A stretch of DNA of 23,491 bases from Paraspadella gotoi (GCA_051294375.1 JBJCIZ010000285.1:1-23491), one strand, 5' to 3'. Positions 11,701-21,430 are shown, counted from the stretch's first letter. The notes: generated by a model from the letters alone, not told the origin. Program-made: numbers and translations.

Positions 11701-14562
11701 TACTTTGAGAAGTATGATCTCAGTGCCTAAGGAGATCGGACGAGAGCGTTGATGATAGATGATTTGAAGGCGATGAAAAGTAAAAAAATATTATGAAGTT
11801 GGTACAAAGCCTCATGATACATATAAAAATAATCATCTCATTCATTCAGTGACTTTGGACAGGGGTTCTTTATGTTTTGTTATTAGGAAAAGAGGTAGTA
11901 TGCTTGATCGAGTTTATGTTAAATGATGAAGGAGAAGAGTGCATAACAGTCGATGGGAACGTAAAAGTTAGAAAGGTAGTCCACGTCTAGTTTTGTGTGT
12001 TTGTGAAATGTATATGTAATGTTACGTGTTATTGAAATCGTTAATGAAATTAGATAAGTCTCCTGAATTAGTAAATTTAGTTAGATGTTATCATAACTTA
12101 ATAAAATGTAATAAATTCTTTGATAATGCTATTAGATAAAATCTGTGGATAAGGCGCATAAGTGGGCTTGAAGATGACTATCCGAGCACTTCTTCACACC
12201 ACCTCTAAGACACCATGGAACGGGTCCATGGAGTCTTGGAACCAAAGGCTTGAGGGATTCTCCCACGCCACAAAGGTCGACTTACGGCCAGTCCTCAGTC
12301 GCACTAGTACCATTTCGTAGTAAAACAAGCGGTAGCGAGTAAAAGCCTATGGAGTTGGGATTTGTTAATATATTGTAGGTTCAGGTTTAGCAAACTAGTA
12401 ACCTGTAAGGTTGGGTGCACTAAGTAGTGATGAGTTGGGTTTACTCAATGAAACCACGCGTCACAACTGAAGGTGTATGCTTATAGGCGGGTGAATTTAG
12501 GCAATGCCGACTGACATGCCCCCAGAATTGTAAACCCACCCTGCACTGCTTTCAGTAGAGGGAAGGGGAGCAATCTTCAGCACATCCATGGGCCTGGAAT
12601 CAGAAAGGTTGGGAATACGCTCGACAGGATGGGCTCACCAGTGTGGATAAGGCTCTATAGGTGCTTATAAGAGGGGTTAACTTATGCAATGCCCGACTAC
12701 AAAATGATGTTTTTAATACTTTTAATTAATAATCTTACCATTTTAATAATTACCGCAATATTATTACTAATATGAATTACCAATATTATTATGTAGAAAT
12801 ATTATTATTAACCGATATTTGCCATAGTCCGTGAACTTACCTTCGTACAAATCCCTCATCGTCGTTTTCGGTCATCGACTTTTTGTGTCCAAATCTCGAC
12901 TTGACGTCGTATTTGCCTGACGGCTGCGTTGACGGGGACGCACAACCTCAAGTTCGGTCCATTTGTCCGTTGTTAGTGAATCGGTGACCCGTTTGAGACG
13001 GCCAATCAAAATCGTCTCCCTCATCAGTCCTCCTAAAAAAAAAGGGCAGAAAGAGGGAAGCAAATTCCAATTTCATTGATTGATTGATTGCTCCTAAACG
13101 CAACCAATGGAACATGATTTTTTACACAAAGTACAGACATCCATGAAGCTCTCCCTTTCAAGCAAACAATCAATCAATCAATCATTTCATTCAATATTGA
13201 TCATTAAGGGTGGGAACAAAATGAAACACTTTTTATACATGTTAACATGTTAACCCACTAAATCGATTTCCATTTAAACTTTTTGAAATAGTTCATTAGG
13301 GTGTTACATTGGAAGCTTTTTAAATATTTATTAATATAAAAAAATTGTTTTAATTTCTTTAAGAACGGATCTGATAAAGCTTGAATAGTTAAATGTAAGT
13401 TAGTCCTATATTTATTTAAAATTTTGACAATAAAATGGTTTAAAAATTTAAAAAACCTTTAAAAATTATAATTCATCATCATTGGCTGAATTTTATGATT
13501 TTTTTTATCAATTTGAATTTATCATCTTGTTAATGAATTAATCAAATCCATACAATCAACCAATCAATCCAATCACCTCCAATTGAAATGAAAGCTTCCC
13601 TGAACCGGACTGACTTGCGTCGCGTCGCTTTGCAACGTCACCCACAGCGAAGATCCTTCCTTCTTAAGCATCGAAGTCGAGAACGCGAAATTGAAAAGAC
13701 TTGTCCGCGACGGAGAAGAATCGCCCTGAAGAGGGAGTGGGGGGAAAGGTGAGGGGAGTGGATGGGGTTGTGGAGTAAAAAGGTGGGTTGATGGAGCGGA
13801 GAGGGCCAAGGGCGTGGGAGAGAGGAATGGTTTTATTATGTTGGATTGAAAAATATTGTTGTTGTTTCAGTTTTAAAAGCAAAATAAAGATTGAAGTAAA
13901 TGTAGGGGAGGGAGAAGTGGTTGAAATTCAATACCTTAAAATGACACGCTAATCAGCGTCGATCTTGAAAAAAAAAGATATAAATTATTAACAATTATTC
14001 CTAACTGAATATAGCATAGCGATAATCAACCCAATAATCTGACTCCAATTAATAGCAAAGGAAAACGACAATATAAATAGCGACCTATCAACATTCCAAC
14101 AACATCAACCTCACTATCAAGACGAGTCATACATGCAACTACACAACAGCAAACGCATATCCACAACAGCCGTACAGCAAACCAAGCGTCCTACAGCAAA
14201 AAGCAGCTAAAGCAATCAAAAACAGCGAATCGAAAACAAAACAACAATTAACAGCAGTAACCTAGCCTTCACCAACAGCAGGATCAAACAATAAAGGAAG
14301 GCATTCCACTGCATCAGACCTGTGGAATAATCCTCCGGATTCTCGTATCCTTTGCGTTCGATGAAGGAAACGAATTCGTCATCTTACGAGTTCGAGCCAA
14401 TCGGGCAGACGGTTGCCCCGTCATGTCGGGTCCGCATCGTCGACAGCGGCGGTGGCGGAGGACTCGGCAGAAGCGGCTCCAGAGACGACGTCGGCGAAGA
14501 GACGCGATGGTCGAACGCGGACGCCGAGCGGGGATCGCGTAGGGTTCGTAGCGAGAGGCCAT
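8565..14562 (-). CDS. TGM: spliced transglutaminase (protein-glutamine gamma-glutamyltransferase) gene, about 10 exons visible; C-terminal barrel exons not found in window
   Basis: Exons in order encode family motifs [136 protein letters not shown]. Introns are GT-AG with consistent phases for the four clean exons. The symbol is family-level only. Confidence 0.93.
9032..9104 (-). CDS. transglutaminase exon (intact)
   Basis: cag|(W)[24 protein letters not shown]|gt; phase 2/0, matching neighbours. Confidence 0.92.
9455..9624 (-). CDS. transglutaminase exon with catalytic Asp (intact)
   Basis: cag|[56 protein letters not shown](W)|gt; phase 0/2. Confidence 0.95.
9706..9859 (-). CDS. transglutaminase exon with catalytic His (intact)
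   Basis: cag|[51 protein letters not shown]|gt; phase 2/0; followed by an 81-bp intron. Confidence 0.95.
10505..10768 (-). CDS. transglutaminase catalytic-Cys exon, frame-disrupted in this assembly
   Basis: Fragments in shifting frames: GVLA, YG/TNP..W, TGT TGG (CW, 10603-10598), FSA, VTTVC, RA, VTN|gt. These match GVL.G.W...G..P..W...QCWVF...TTVCRALG...VTNF. Confidence 0.75.
11106..11285 (-). CDS. transglutaminase exon, frame-disrupted
   Basis: WNFAKQFE ... (shift) [10 protein letters not shown] (shift) [13 protein letters not shown]|gtgag; the phase-1 join with the next exon gives NGVL. Confidence 0.8.
11557..11726 (-). CDS. transglutaminase exon, frame-disrupted
   Basis: After removing single-base insertions reads approximately LFNPWCPSDDV..EEER.EFVL.ASGK.YCGT; 3' boundary approximate. 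Confidence 0.75.
12144..12701 (-). mobile_element. TRIM-like non-autonomous LTR element in a transglutaminase intron: 60-bp LTR, PBS, 125-bp internal region, short PPT, 373-bp LTR
   Basis: On the - strand: TGTAGTCGGGCATTGC...GCCTTATCCACA (12701-12642); 1 nt later TGGTGAGCCC (PBS-like, 12640-12631); GGGGGCA directly before TGTCAGTCGGCATTGCC...GCGCCTTATCCACA (12516-12144). Both LTRs share their termini with 2310-2563. Flanks aaatc/aaatg form an imperfect TSD. Confidence 0.7.
12841..13032 (-). CDS. transglutaminase N-terminal domain exon, frame-disrupted
   Basis: ttttag| ... VPVNAAV (shift) GKYDV ... EIWTQKV ... |gtaagt. Confidence 0.7.
13577..13725 (-). CDS. transglutaminase N-terminal domain exon, probably frame-disrupted
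   Basis: Pyrimidine tract + cag|[10 protein letters not shown] (family motif LRRGQ.F) ... |gtgatt. Confidence 0.75.
14320..14562 (-). CDS. putative first coding exon of the transglutaminase gene
   Basis: GC-rich island starting gacATGGCC ([17 protein letters not shown]...) and ending CACAG|gt; no family motif and frame uncertain. Confidence 0.5.
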
Positions 14563-14955
14563 GTCGGGAAAAGGAGGAGGAAGAAGTATCTGGGGGGGGA
14601 GAGAGAGAAGGGTAGAAAGAGAAAAAGAGGAAGGGAGAAAGAGAGGAAGGGGAGGAGGGTAAGGGAGTAAGGGGAAAGAAAAGAAAAGGAGTAAAGAAGA
14701 GAGGATTGGCAGGGAAGAGATAAAATTGAGAAGGCGAGGAGAGGGAGGAGACGGAAATAGAGAGAGAGAGAAAGAGACGAGGAAATAAGGAAAAGGAGAG
14801 AGAGTTTATCAGTTATGAATTTTTAAATATATAATTTTAAATGTATAAAGTATTTAATTCCAAAAAACTTGAGTGATAGAGAATAAAAGACATTTACAAC
14901 ATCGATAAAACTTGGTGGGAGGAACCATAGACTTTTAGGTCCGAGGACAAAGTTA

Positions 14956-15170
14956 TGAATCGGACATTGCGGAGGTTCGCCCCGCGTCTTTCTCTCCGTT
15001 GTGACCCGGTGGCTCATTGAGTAAAGCATTCAGCTTATTGCTCCTAGGTTGCGGTTCAATCCCAACCCAGAGTCTACCCTTGTGGAAGCGTAAAGACTAC
15101 CGTAAGTAATCTGGAAGATCTGTAATCTTTAAAGCTCGGGAAACGTTTTGTAGTTGCGACAGGGGGTTAA
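14956..15170 (+). mobile_element. diverged, 3'-truncated LTR copy with the best-preserved tRNA-like module
   Basis: 28 nt identical to 2361-2388 (gttgtgacccggtggctcattgagtaaa, 14998-15025); GGTTCAATCCCAACCC, CCGTAAG and AGGGGGTTAA motifs in the same order as in 2310-2563. Confidence 0.75.
15003..15074 (+). promoter_or_regulatory. tRNA-derived Pol III type-2 promoter (A box / B box); not a functional tRNA
   Basis: GACCCGG-TGGCTCATTGAGTAAAGC-A-TTCAG-CTTATTG-CTCCT-AGGTT-GCGGTTCAATCCC-AACCCAGAGTC has tRNA-like length and box spacing, but anticodon and acceptor stems pair poorly. Confidence 0.6.
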
Positions 15171-15176
15171 AAAAAA

Positions 15177-15435
15177 GATAAGGAAAGTCCTATTTAGCCT
15201 ACTTAGTACTATTACCCTCGAGCAGCTAAAAAACAGGTCCTGGGCTTGGAAGGTCTCAATGCCCGGAAAGGCAGTTTACGGTCGTGCCAACACTTTACAT
15301 ATGACAGGAAATGGGTTGGGACTGGACCCGTTTCCTACTTGTGGTCATAAGCAGACATCTTCACTAAATTAGCCAACCGGGTCACGAGGAAATGAGGGCG
15401 GAGTTAAACCTATTTCCGAGGCAATTCCCATTACA
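15177..15435 (-). mobile_element. strongly diverged LTR copy, tail-to-tail with 14956-15170
   Basis: - strand: TGTAATGGGAATTGCC...GTGACCCGGTTGGCTAATTTAGTGAAG...GGGTCCAGTCCCAACCC...CCGTAA...CAAGCC...TGCTCGAGGG...CCTTATC, collinear with 2310-2563. Confidence 0.7.
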
Positions 15436-15684
15436 GCGAGTTTCTTTAACGAAGGAATTGTAAAAAAAAATTGTTATTTAATAAAAACGAAATTTTTAAA
15501 TTTTTTATTTGAATATTCCATCTGCGAAAATCCGTTGAAAAAAGCCCAAGTTGATAAATGAGAGAATTCGCGCCAAATTCAAGTTTTGAATAAAAAAGGG
15601 CGGGACTTGAAATGAAAAGAAAATGAAAAGAAATCTGGTTTTTCAGGTCGGAATGCGAATCTTAATCTTGACAAGATCCGACAG

Positions 15685-15927
15685 GTTGAGATGTGGCATT
15701 ACAGGGATGACTGGATGAAGCATTACTGGATGTGGCAGGTCGGGATCGGGCACAACATGATCAAGTATGAAAAGATAAGGCATGACGGAATCAGGCGTGA
15801 CAGGGTCATGCATTACTGAATTAGGCCATGACGGAAAGAGGCTAGACAGTTTAGGGCAGGGCGACAAAAAGGCATGACAGAATCAGGCGTGACATGGTAG
15901 GGCGGAGGGGCGCAGGATCTGACATGG
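15685..15927 (+). repeat. degenerate tandem repeat (ggcatgac.gaatcaggcgtgaca type, about 15/25-bp periodicity)
   Basis: aggcatgacggaatcaggcgtgaca (about 15778) recurs as aggcatgacagaatcaggcgtgaca (about 15870); gcattact recurs. Confidence 0.7.
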
Positions 15928-17059
15928 AATGTTATTTTTTTTTTTTTTTAACCGGCGAAATTCTTGTTCGATGAAATCTCGTGCGGGGAGATCTCGTACG
16001 CCGAAATGTCGCAAGGCGATATTTCTTGATAAAAACGGTTAACCGGTTTTCGTCGGTTATTTTTTTTTTTTTTTCATCTAGGAACCGAAACATACTATAA
16101 CGAAACCAAAAATAATTGAGATTAATTAATCATTAATCAATAATCATTAATCATTAATCAAGGAAGTTTAATAAAATCTATATTGAGAATAAATTTAAAA
16201 CTACTTTAAAATTTTTAGCTTTATATAAACGACAAAAGAAACTGTTAAAAACATAGGCATATTCAGCAGGAGTAGTTTTAAATATCAGCCTTCAATTTTT
16301 TGTTTTATTCTTCATTTTTTATTTCTTTTTTCGCTAAATTTTTCGGCACAAATTTGAAGTTAAACATTTAAAAGGTAAAAACCGAAAAAATAAAATACAA
16401 ATTTGTGTATTCATAATATTCGGTATATCATAATTAACTCACCATGAGATTTGCTGCGTGCATGGTTTAACGTTTAAAATTATTCGGTCGAAAGAAATAA
16501 AAAGGAAAATAAAAAAAAGGTTTGGACAAATTTTGTCGACGCCTTTTTAAATCAATGATCGAGCGACAAGTTGTGTAGTAGTCGTCGTCGTCGTCGTCGT
16601 TCTTCCGATGTTGTCGTCGCTTTTGCTGTTTATCTTTTTTTTTTTCATTCTTTGGCAGCCAAATAAAAGGGTACCAGGATACAGGACCTGTATTACAGGA
16701 TAGGATATTGTCGTACTTGTAATTTAAAATAGATCGGTAATTGAAATTTTTTTTTTTATAACCAGCGTTCAGAATAAACGGAATGAGTTAGGAGGAAATT
16801 AACATTTCATCAATATTAGTCATGAGACGGCGAAATATTTTTTATTTTAAAATTCTTAACTGCCGAAAGGAACAAATAATTTCTTTAAACTTAAAGATTG
16901 CATCAGAGAGACAAGTAGGAAAGAATAATCAGCACGAGATGAAGTATCGGCTTGCTAATTCTTTTCTCTCTTTATTGGGTGAGAACAGCGTCCTTGTAAG
17001 GACACTGAAACTGTATCTGCGTTGGGCCGCGCGGTTCTCCTTCGCGATTTGGATCGCAA

Positions 17060-17400
17060 AAAATGTGAGCTTCTTTATTGGCCCTAGATTGGCTGCCTTT
17101 GACCAATCGACGTCGAGAGTTTCGAGAAGATAATTTTACCTTTTTTTTTCCCGGCGAATTTAGCGCGAGGTCCGAAGAGGAAACGCGTTGGCCGTGCCCT
17201 TTTTAATACATTACATTATTTTACGCTCACCTTCGGAATCTTGGCCGAAATATTTCATTCTAGTCTATTAAATAAAATGTGAGCTTCTTCCCCGTGGCCC
17301 TGGATTGGCTGCCTTTGACCAATCGACGACGAGAGTTTCGAGAAGATTTTACATTTTACATTTTTTTTCCCGCGGGGTCGACGAGGAAACGCGTTGGCCG
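17060..17400 (+). repeat. tandem duplication (about 210-bp unit) containing inverted CCAAT boxes
   Basis: aaaatgtgagcttctt...ggccct.gattggctgcctttgaccaatcgacg.cgagagtttcgagaagat...gaggaaacgcgttggccg occurs at about 17060-17194 and about 17274-17400; a partial third segment is at about 17593-17639. Confidence 0.85.
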
Positions 17401-19525
17401 GGGCTTTATTGAGACGCTTTGATCTTGCCCCTTGACGGCCTACCGTTTCCGAAACCAGCGTTTTTATTTTGTAATTGCCTATGGTTCTCTCTTTGGTGCG
17501 CGGCTTTTACTTGTTTTTATTCCGTTTTTATAATTTTTTTTTTTTTTTTTTTTTTGTTCTGGTTTTATTCGTTTCGTTGCCCTTTTTGATGCATTACATT
17601 ATTTTACGCTTTCCCCTCGGAATCGTGTCCGAAATATTTAGTTTCTCGTCAGCGCAAGATCAAACGGAAACATCTATGAATGGAAAAATAATATCGCTTA
17701 CTCCCTCTCATTTTAATTTCGGATTTAAATTGAATCTTAATTTAATTTCTGAATTTTTTTTTTTTTTTTTAATGCAGTCCCAACTTCCTTTACATGCGAA
17801 AACGAAATTGATTTTTTTAAACTTGTACGCTGTGTGAGAATTATCTTAGCGCATTTTAACTGTGTTGGCGTCGAAATTTAGAGATGAAAACAATTTTTCG
17901 CCGTCGTTGTCATCGTACAGCTGGATTTAATTCGATCAAAGTCTTAGAACCTCAAGTGTAGATTCTTTATCCAAACAAGGAAATAAAAAAAAATACTCGA
18001 GACTGTTTTGCGGCGTTAGCCTTTTTTTCGAGAATCAAACAAAAGTTTACCACAAGACTCAATTTATAATTTTAAAATGAGCCAAATGAATAATAAACCG
18101 AACTATTTTAAGTATTTCATAAATTTTATTTTAACTGGACAACGACCACAACGACAACGACCACAACGAAGATGAAGTCGAAAAAAGGGACGTTAATGTT
18201 TTGAACTTGAGACACGACGACGAGAAAGACGACGACGACAAGAAGCCCGCCGTGGAATAAAATGGAATCGGCCAATCACTGACCGAGCAATTTTCCTCTG
18301 CTTCCCTTGCGCGTGAGGTATTTTAATCTCATTTGCATGTTCCAGTTTGAGTGAAAAAAGAATTTTTAAATACTATGGATGAAGTTATTTTAGAACCATT
18401 GCAAAAAATTGCCAGGGGTTTCAATTCAGACTTAGCAAGGAAACGATAGTCGATGATATGAAGTAAACCAAGATCTAAATTAATGACAGAAAACGTGTAT
18501 TTTCTCTTTCCGTGAAAGAAACGACGCTCAGTTCCCACATCGAAACGGAAGTACATATAAAAGAAAATCGTCTCAACCATTATTTGGGGACCTTTATCTC
18601 TGTGAACTCTGCAAACTCTGCAAAACTCGACTCTCAGATTCTCAGCAAACGAATTACGGATACAGTGAGCCGCCATTGGAAGTCAAGGGAAAAGCCAGAT
18701 GGCGGTGGGTTTGCAAACCTGACCTCGAAAGAAAGAGAGCGAGTAAAACGCGCATTTTCCTTTCTCCGGGAGCGCAACTGACCACACTCCAGACGATAAC
18801 GCGTCCAGCGCTGCGCGCTTGTCCCCCCTTTTGATTTTTTTTTAATATTTATTACAACTTTGTTTAACCCCCTCTAGCAGCGACGGATCGAAACACGCTA
18901 ATCGAAGGGCACGGACCGTGTTAGGAACAAAACCCAGTAGCGAGTGTGTGTAACTAGTAGTGTCAATGAGGGCTTTAATATATTATTATATTATTTTATA
19001 TTCATTAAAATATTGTACCACTTCATTAAAACGGAGGCCTCGTGGTCTGGAATGAATAAACTACACTGTAAGAGATTCTTGATTGAAAGCTTGCAGGGTC
19101 ATGCTAGGTTATTATCTTGTAAGAGTGATGGAATGATCGAATAACAAGTGACGAGGTAGAACAGTGAAAAAAGTCAGAAAAGTCAGAAAATGTCAACTAA
19201 GAAATAAGATGACCGAGAAATATGACGTGAGGTCACAAAATTTTTCAGGCCAATCCAAAGTCAGGAGGCAAAATACATTCTTTGTTAATTCAATGAATAA
19301 CATTTTTTTTCAATAATTTTATATACATTATATAATTTTTTATCAGTGATTTTTTTTTTTTAAACTTCAGTTGCATATCGTCCCTTGTAAAAAAAATATT
19401 GTTCAGAGACTAAAACTCATTTTACCGTTTTGATTGATTGATTGATTGATAACTCGGCTGATTGATTGTTCGACTGGTTAATTGATTTATTGCTTACTTT
19501 CTTGATTGATTTGCCTTCCAATTAG

Positions 19526-21320
19526 GTTTATGGACCGGTACTTCCACGCTCTCTCCATACCTCACTCCAATCTTGGAAATTCGAGTGGACTGTTCTCTTC
19601 TGAAAACCGACGGCGAATCGATTGCGTCGGCAAATGTCGGCGAGTGCCGGGTCTCCGGGTAGCGGCGGTGGCGGCGGAGACGGTGGAAGAATGTCAGTCG
19701 CATCCCAGGTGAAAAAAAAAAAAACAAATTAAAATTTCGAATTACGTTAATATCTTGCATAATGATTATTTTTATCATTTTATTTATAGCTAATTATTGA
19801 GTTAAATCATTTAAAAAATTATATTTCAATATATGTTTGAACCGTTTGAAATCAGAGGCCTTGGCTGCGAGAGGGTCGTAAAAAATCGGACCGTGTTATT
19901 TTGTTTTATTTAAAGTTTTCAATTTTCCTTGAAACACTCTTTGCTCCCTCAGGGCGGCGCCACGAGTCGGCCTCCCTTCCGCTGCGGAACCCCGGGACAA
20001 AAGACAAACGACGGATTCAAGTTTCTTCGTCGGAAGGAATATAGTCGCGCATTAAAGAGAGAGACAGAGCTGGCTGAAATGCAAGGGGTCGTCCCCAAAG
20101 GTTTAGTTTAAATAGTATTAAATTATAGATCGATAATTTTAATTTAATTTCATTTAAAATCAATAACGACCTATTCGATAAACCAAAATATGACTGATCC
20201 GTCGGTCAATCAAACAATCAAACATATCGTTCAATTAATTAAGGAATCAATAGATTAATTAAATATTTGAACAATCAATCTATACCAGTCATGCAAAAAC
20301 AATGAACGCCAATCGGCTTTTCAATCAAATCAACCGCTATTTCAATAAATAAATCAATAACTAATCAATCATAACCTCATTCAAACACTCGGGTCAATTA
20401 ACCAATCAATTAGTCACTCAATCAATCAATAAAATAAATCAACGAGACAACCTATCAATCAATCAATCGGTAAATCCAGTAATTTATTCATCGAGCAACC
20501 AACCAATCAAACAATGAGTAAATGAATCAATTAATCAAACAATCGCCATCTCAATCAATCAATCAATCGATCAATCCGACCCAGAATCGACCGGCGGGAG
20601 CATCTCGGACATCCTCGGAATCGAAGAAGATCGAATGATTCCGATCAACTCGAAATGCAGCGGGAAAATGTGGGCGAATCTCAGATACGCGACGGAGAAA
20701 AAGTGGGGAGAGGAGAGGAAGGTAAGGGTTTGATGGAGTGAGTTGATGGAGTGAGTTTATAGAATAAGTTTATCAACTCGTTCCATGAACTCACTCCATC
20801 AATTCACTCTGTGAACCCACTCCATCGTCACAATTCTTTGACTCATTGTGGCATGAGTTGATTGAGGGAGTAGAGATGGAGTGAGTTGATGCAGTGATTT
20901 GATGGAGTGAGTTTTATAAAGTGAGGTGAGTGAGTTAATAAAGTGAGTTGAATGAGTGAATTGATGGAGTGAAATAAATTTATTTTATGGAGTGAGTTTA
21001 TGGAGTGATAGAATAATGTATGTTGATGGAGTAAAAATGGAGTTACTTGATTTGATAGAGTGATTTGACGGAGTGAGTAAAGATGGAGTGAGTTGATAAA
21101 ATGATTGATGAAGTTATTTTTTCTTTTTTCTTCCTCTCCCCTCCCCCCGCGCCCCATCCGCAGCCCCAAGATTCTGCTCAACTCAAGGCCTTCGAACCGG
21201 TTCTCGCTTCTTCCTCCAGGATGTACTGTCGTCCTTGGGCCGGAGATCAAATCCCGACCATCGAAGTCAGACCTAAACCTGATCATGTGGTTCCCTTCGT
21301 CGTTTGATCGCTCTGGCTCA
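19526..21320 (+). CDS. putative spliced gene of unknown function (exons 19526-19708, 19953-20100, 20585-20721, 21164-about 21320; possibly 22070-22390)
   Basis: GC-rich islands bounded by ag|...|gt. Exons 2-3-4 join in phase (…EMQGVVPK-ESTGGSISDILGIEEDRMIPINSKCSGKMWANLRYATEKKWGEERK-PQDSAQLKAFEPV…). The exon 1-2 phase mismatch and a stop in exon 4 suggest indels. Confidence 0.5.
20730..21110 (+). repeat. degenerate 13-bp minisatellite GATGGAGTGAGTT with an internal inverted block
   Basis: gatggagtgagtt recurs many times; about 20775-20827 carries the reverse complement aactcactccatc. Confidence 0.85.
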
Positions 21321-21348
21321 GTCGGGTTGGGTCAGGATGGGTCGGTTA

Positions 21349-21373
21349 TTCTCTCTCTCTCTCTCTCCCTCTC

Positions 21374-21429
<56 letters not shown>

Positions 21430-21430
21430 C
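21349..21430 (+). repeat. (CT)n microsatellite
   Basis: About 40 CT units with few interruptions. Confidence 0.95.

Noticed and set aside
12428-12462. Hammerhead-like GTGATGAG...GAAAC...GTC
   Set aside because: Core is GUGAUGA rather than CUGAUGA, stems I/III are not convincing, and the motif is not conserved in the other LTR copies.
12642-12701. Twister/pistol ribozyme resemblance (TAACTTATGCAATGCCCG; TGTGGATAAGG)
   Set aside because: Required pseudoknot partners and conserved loops could not be placed; an LTR explanation fits better.
15003-15074. Functional tRNA gene
   Set aside because: Anticodon and acceptor stems do not pair properly and it is embedded in a repeat; treated as a tRNA-derived promoter.
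18165-18317. Possible additional + strand exon ending GAG|gtattt
   Set aside because: In-frame stop in the best frame and no recognisable homology.
19401-20047. Group I intron R-like (GTTCAGAGACTAAA) and S-like (ATATAGTCG) motifs
   Set aside because: About 630 nt apart, no convincing P/Q elements, and the S-like motif lies within a putative spliceosomal exon; probably chance.
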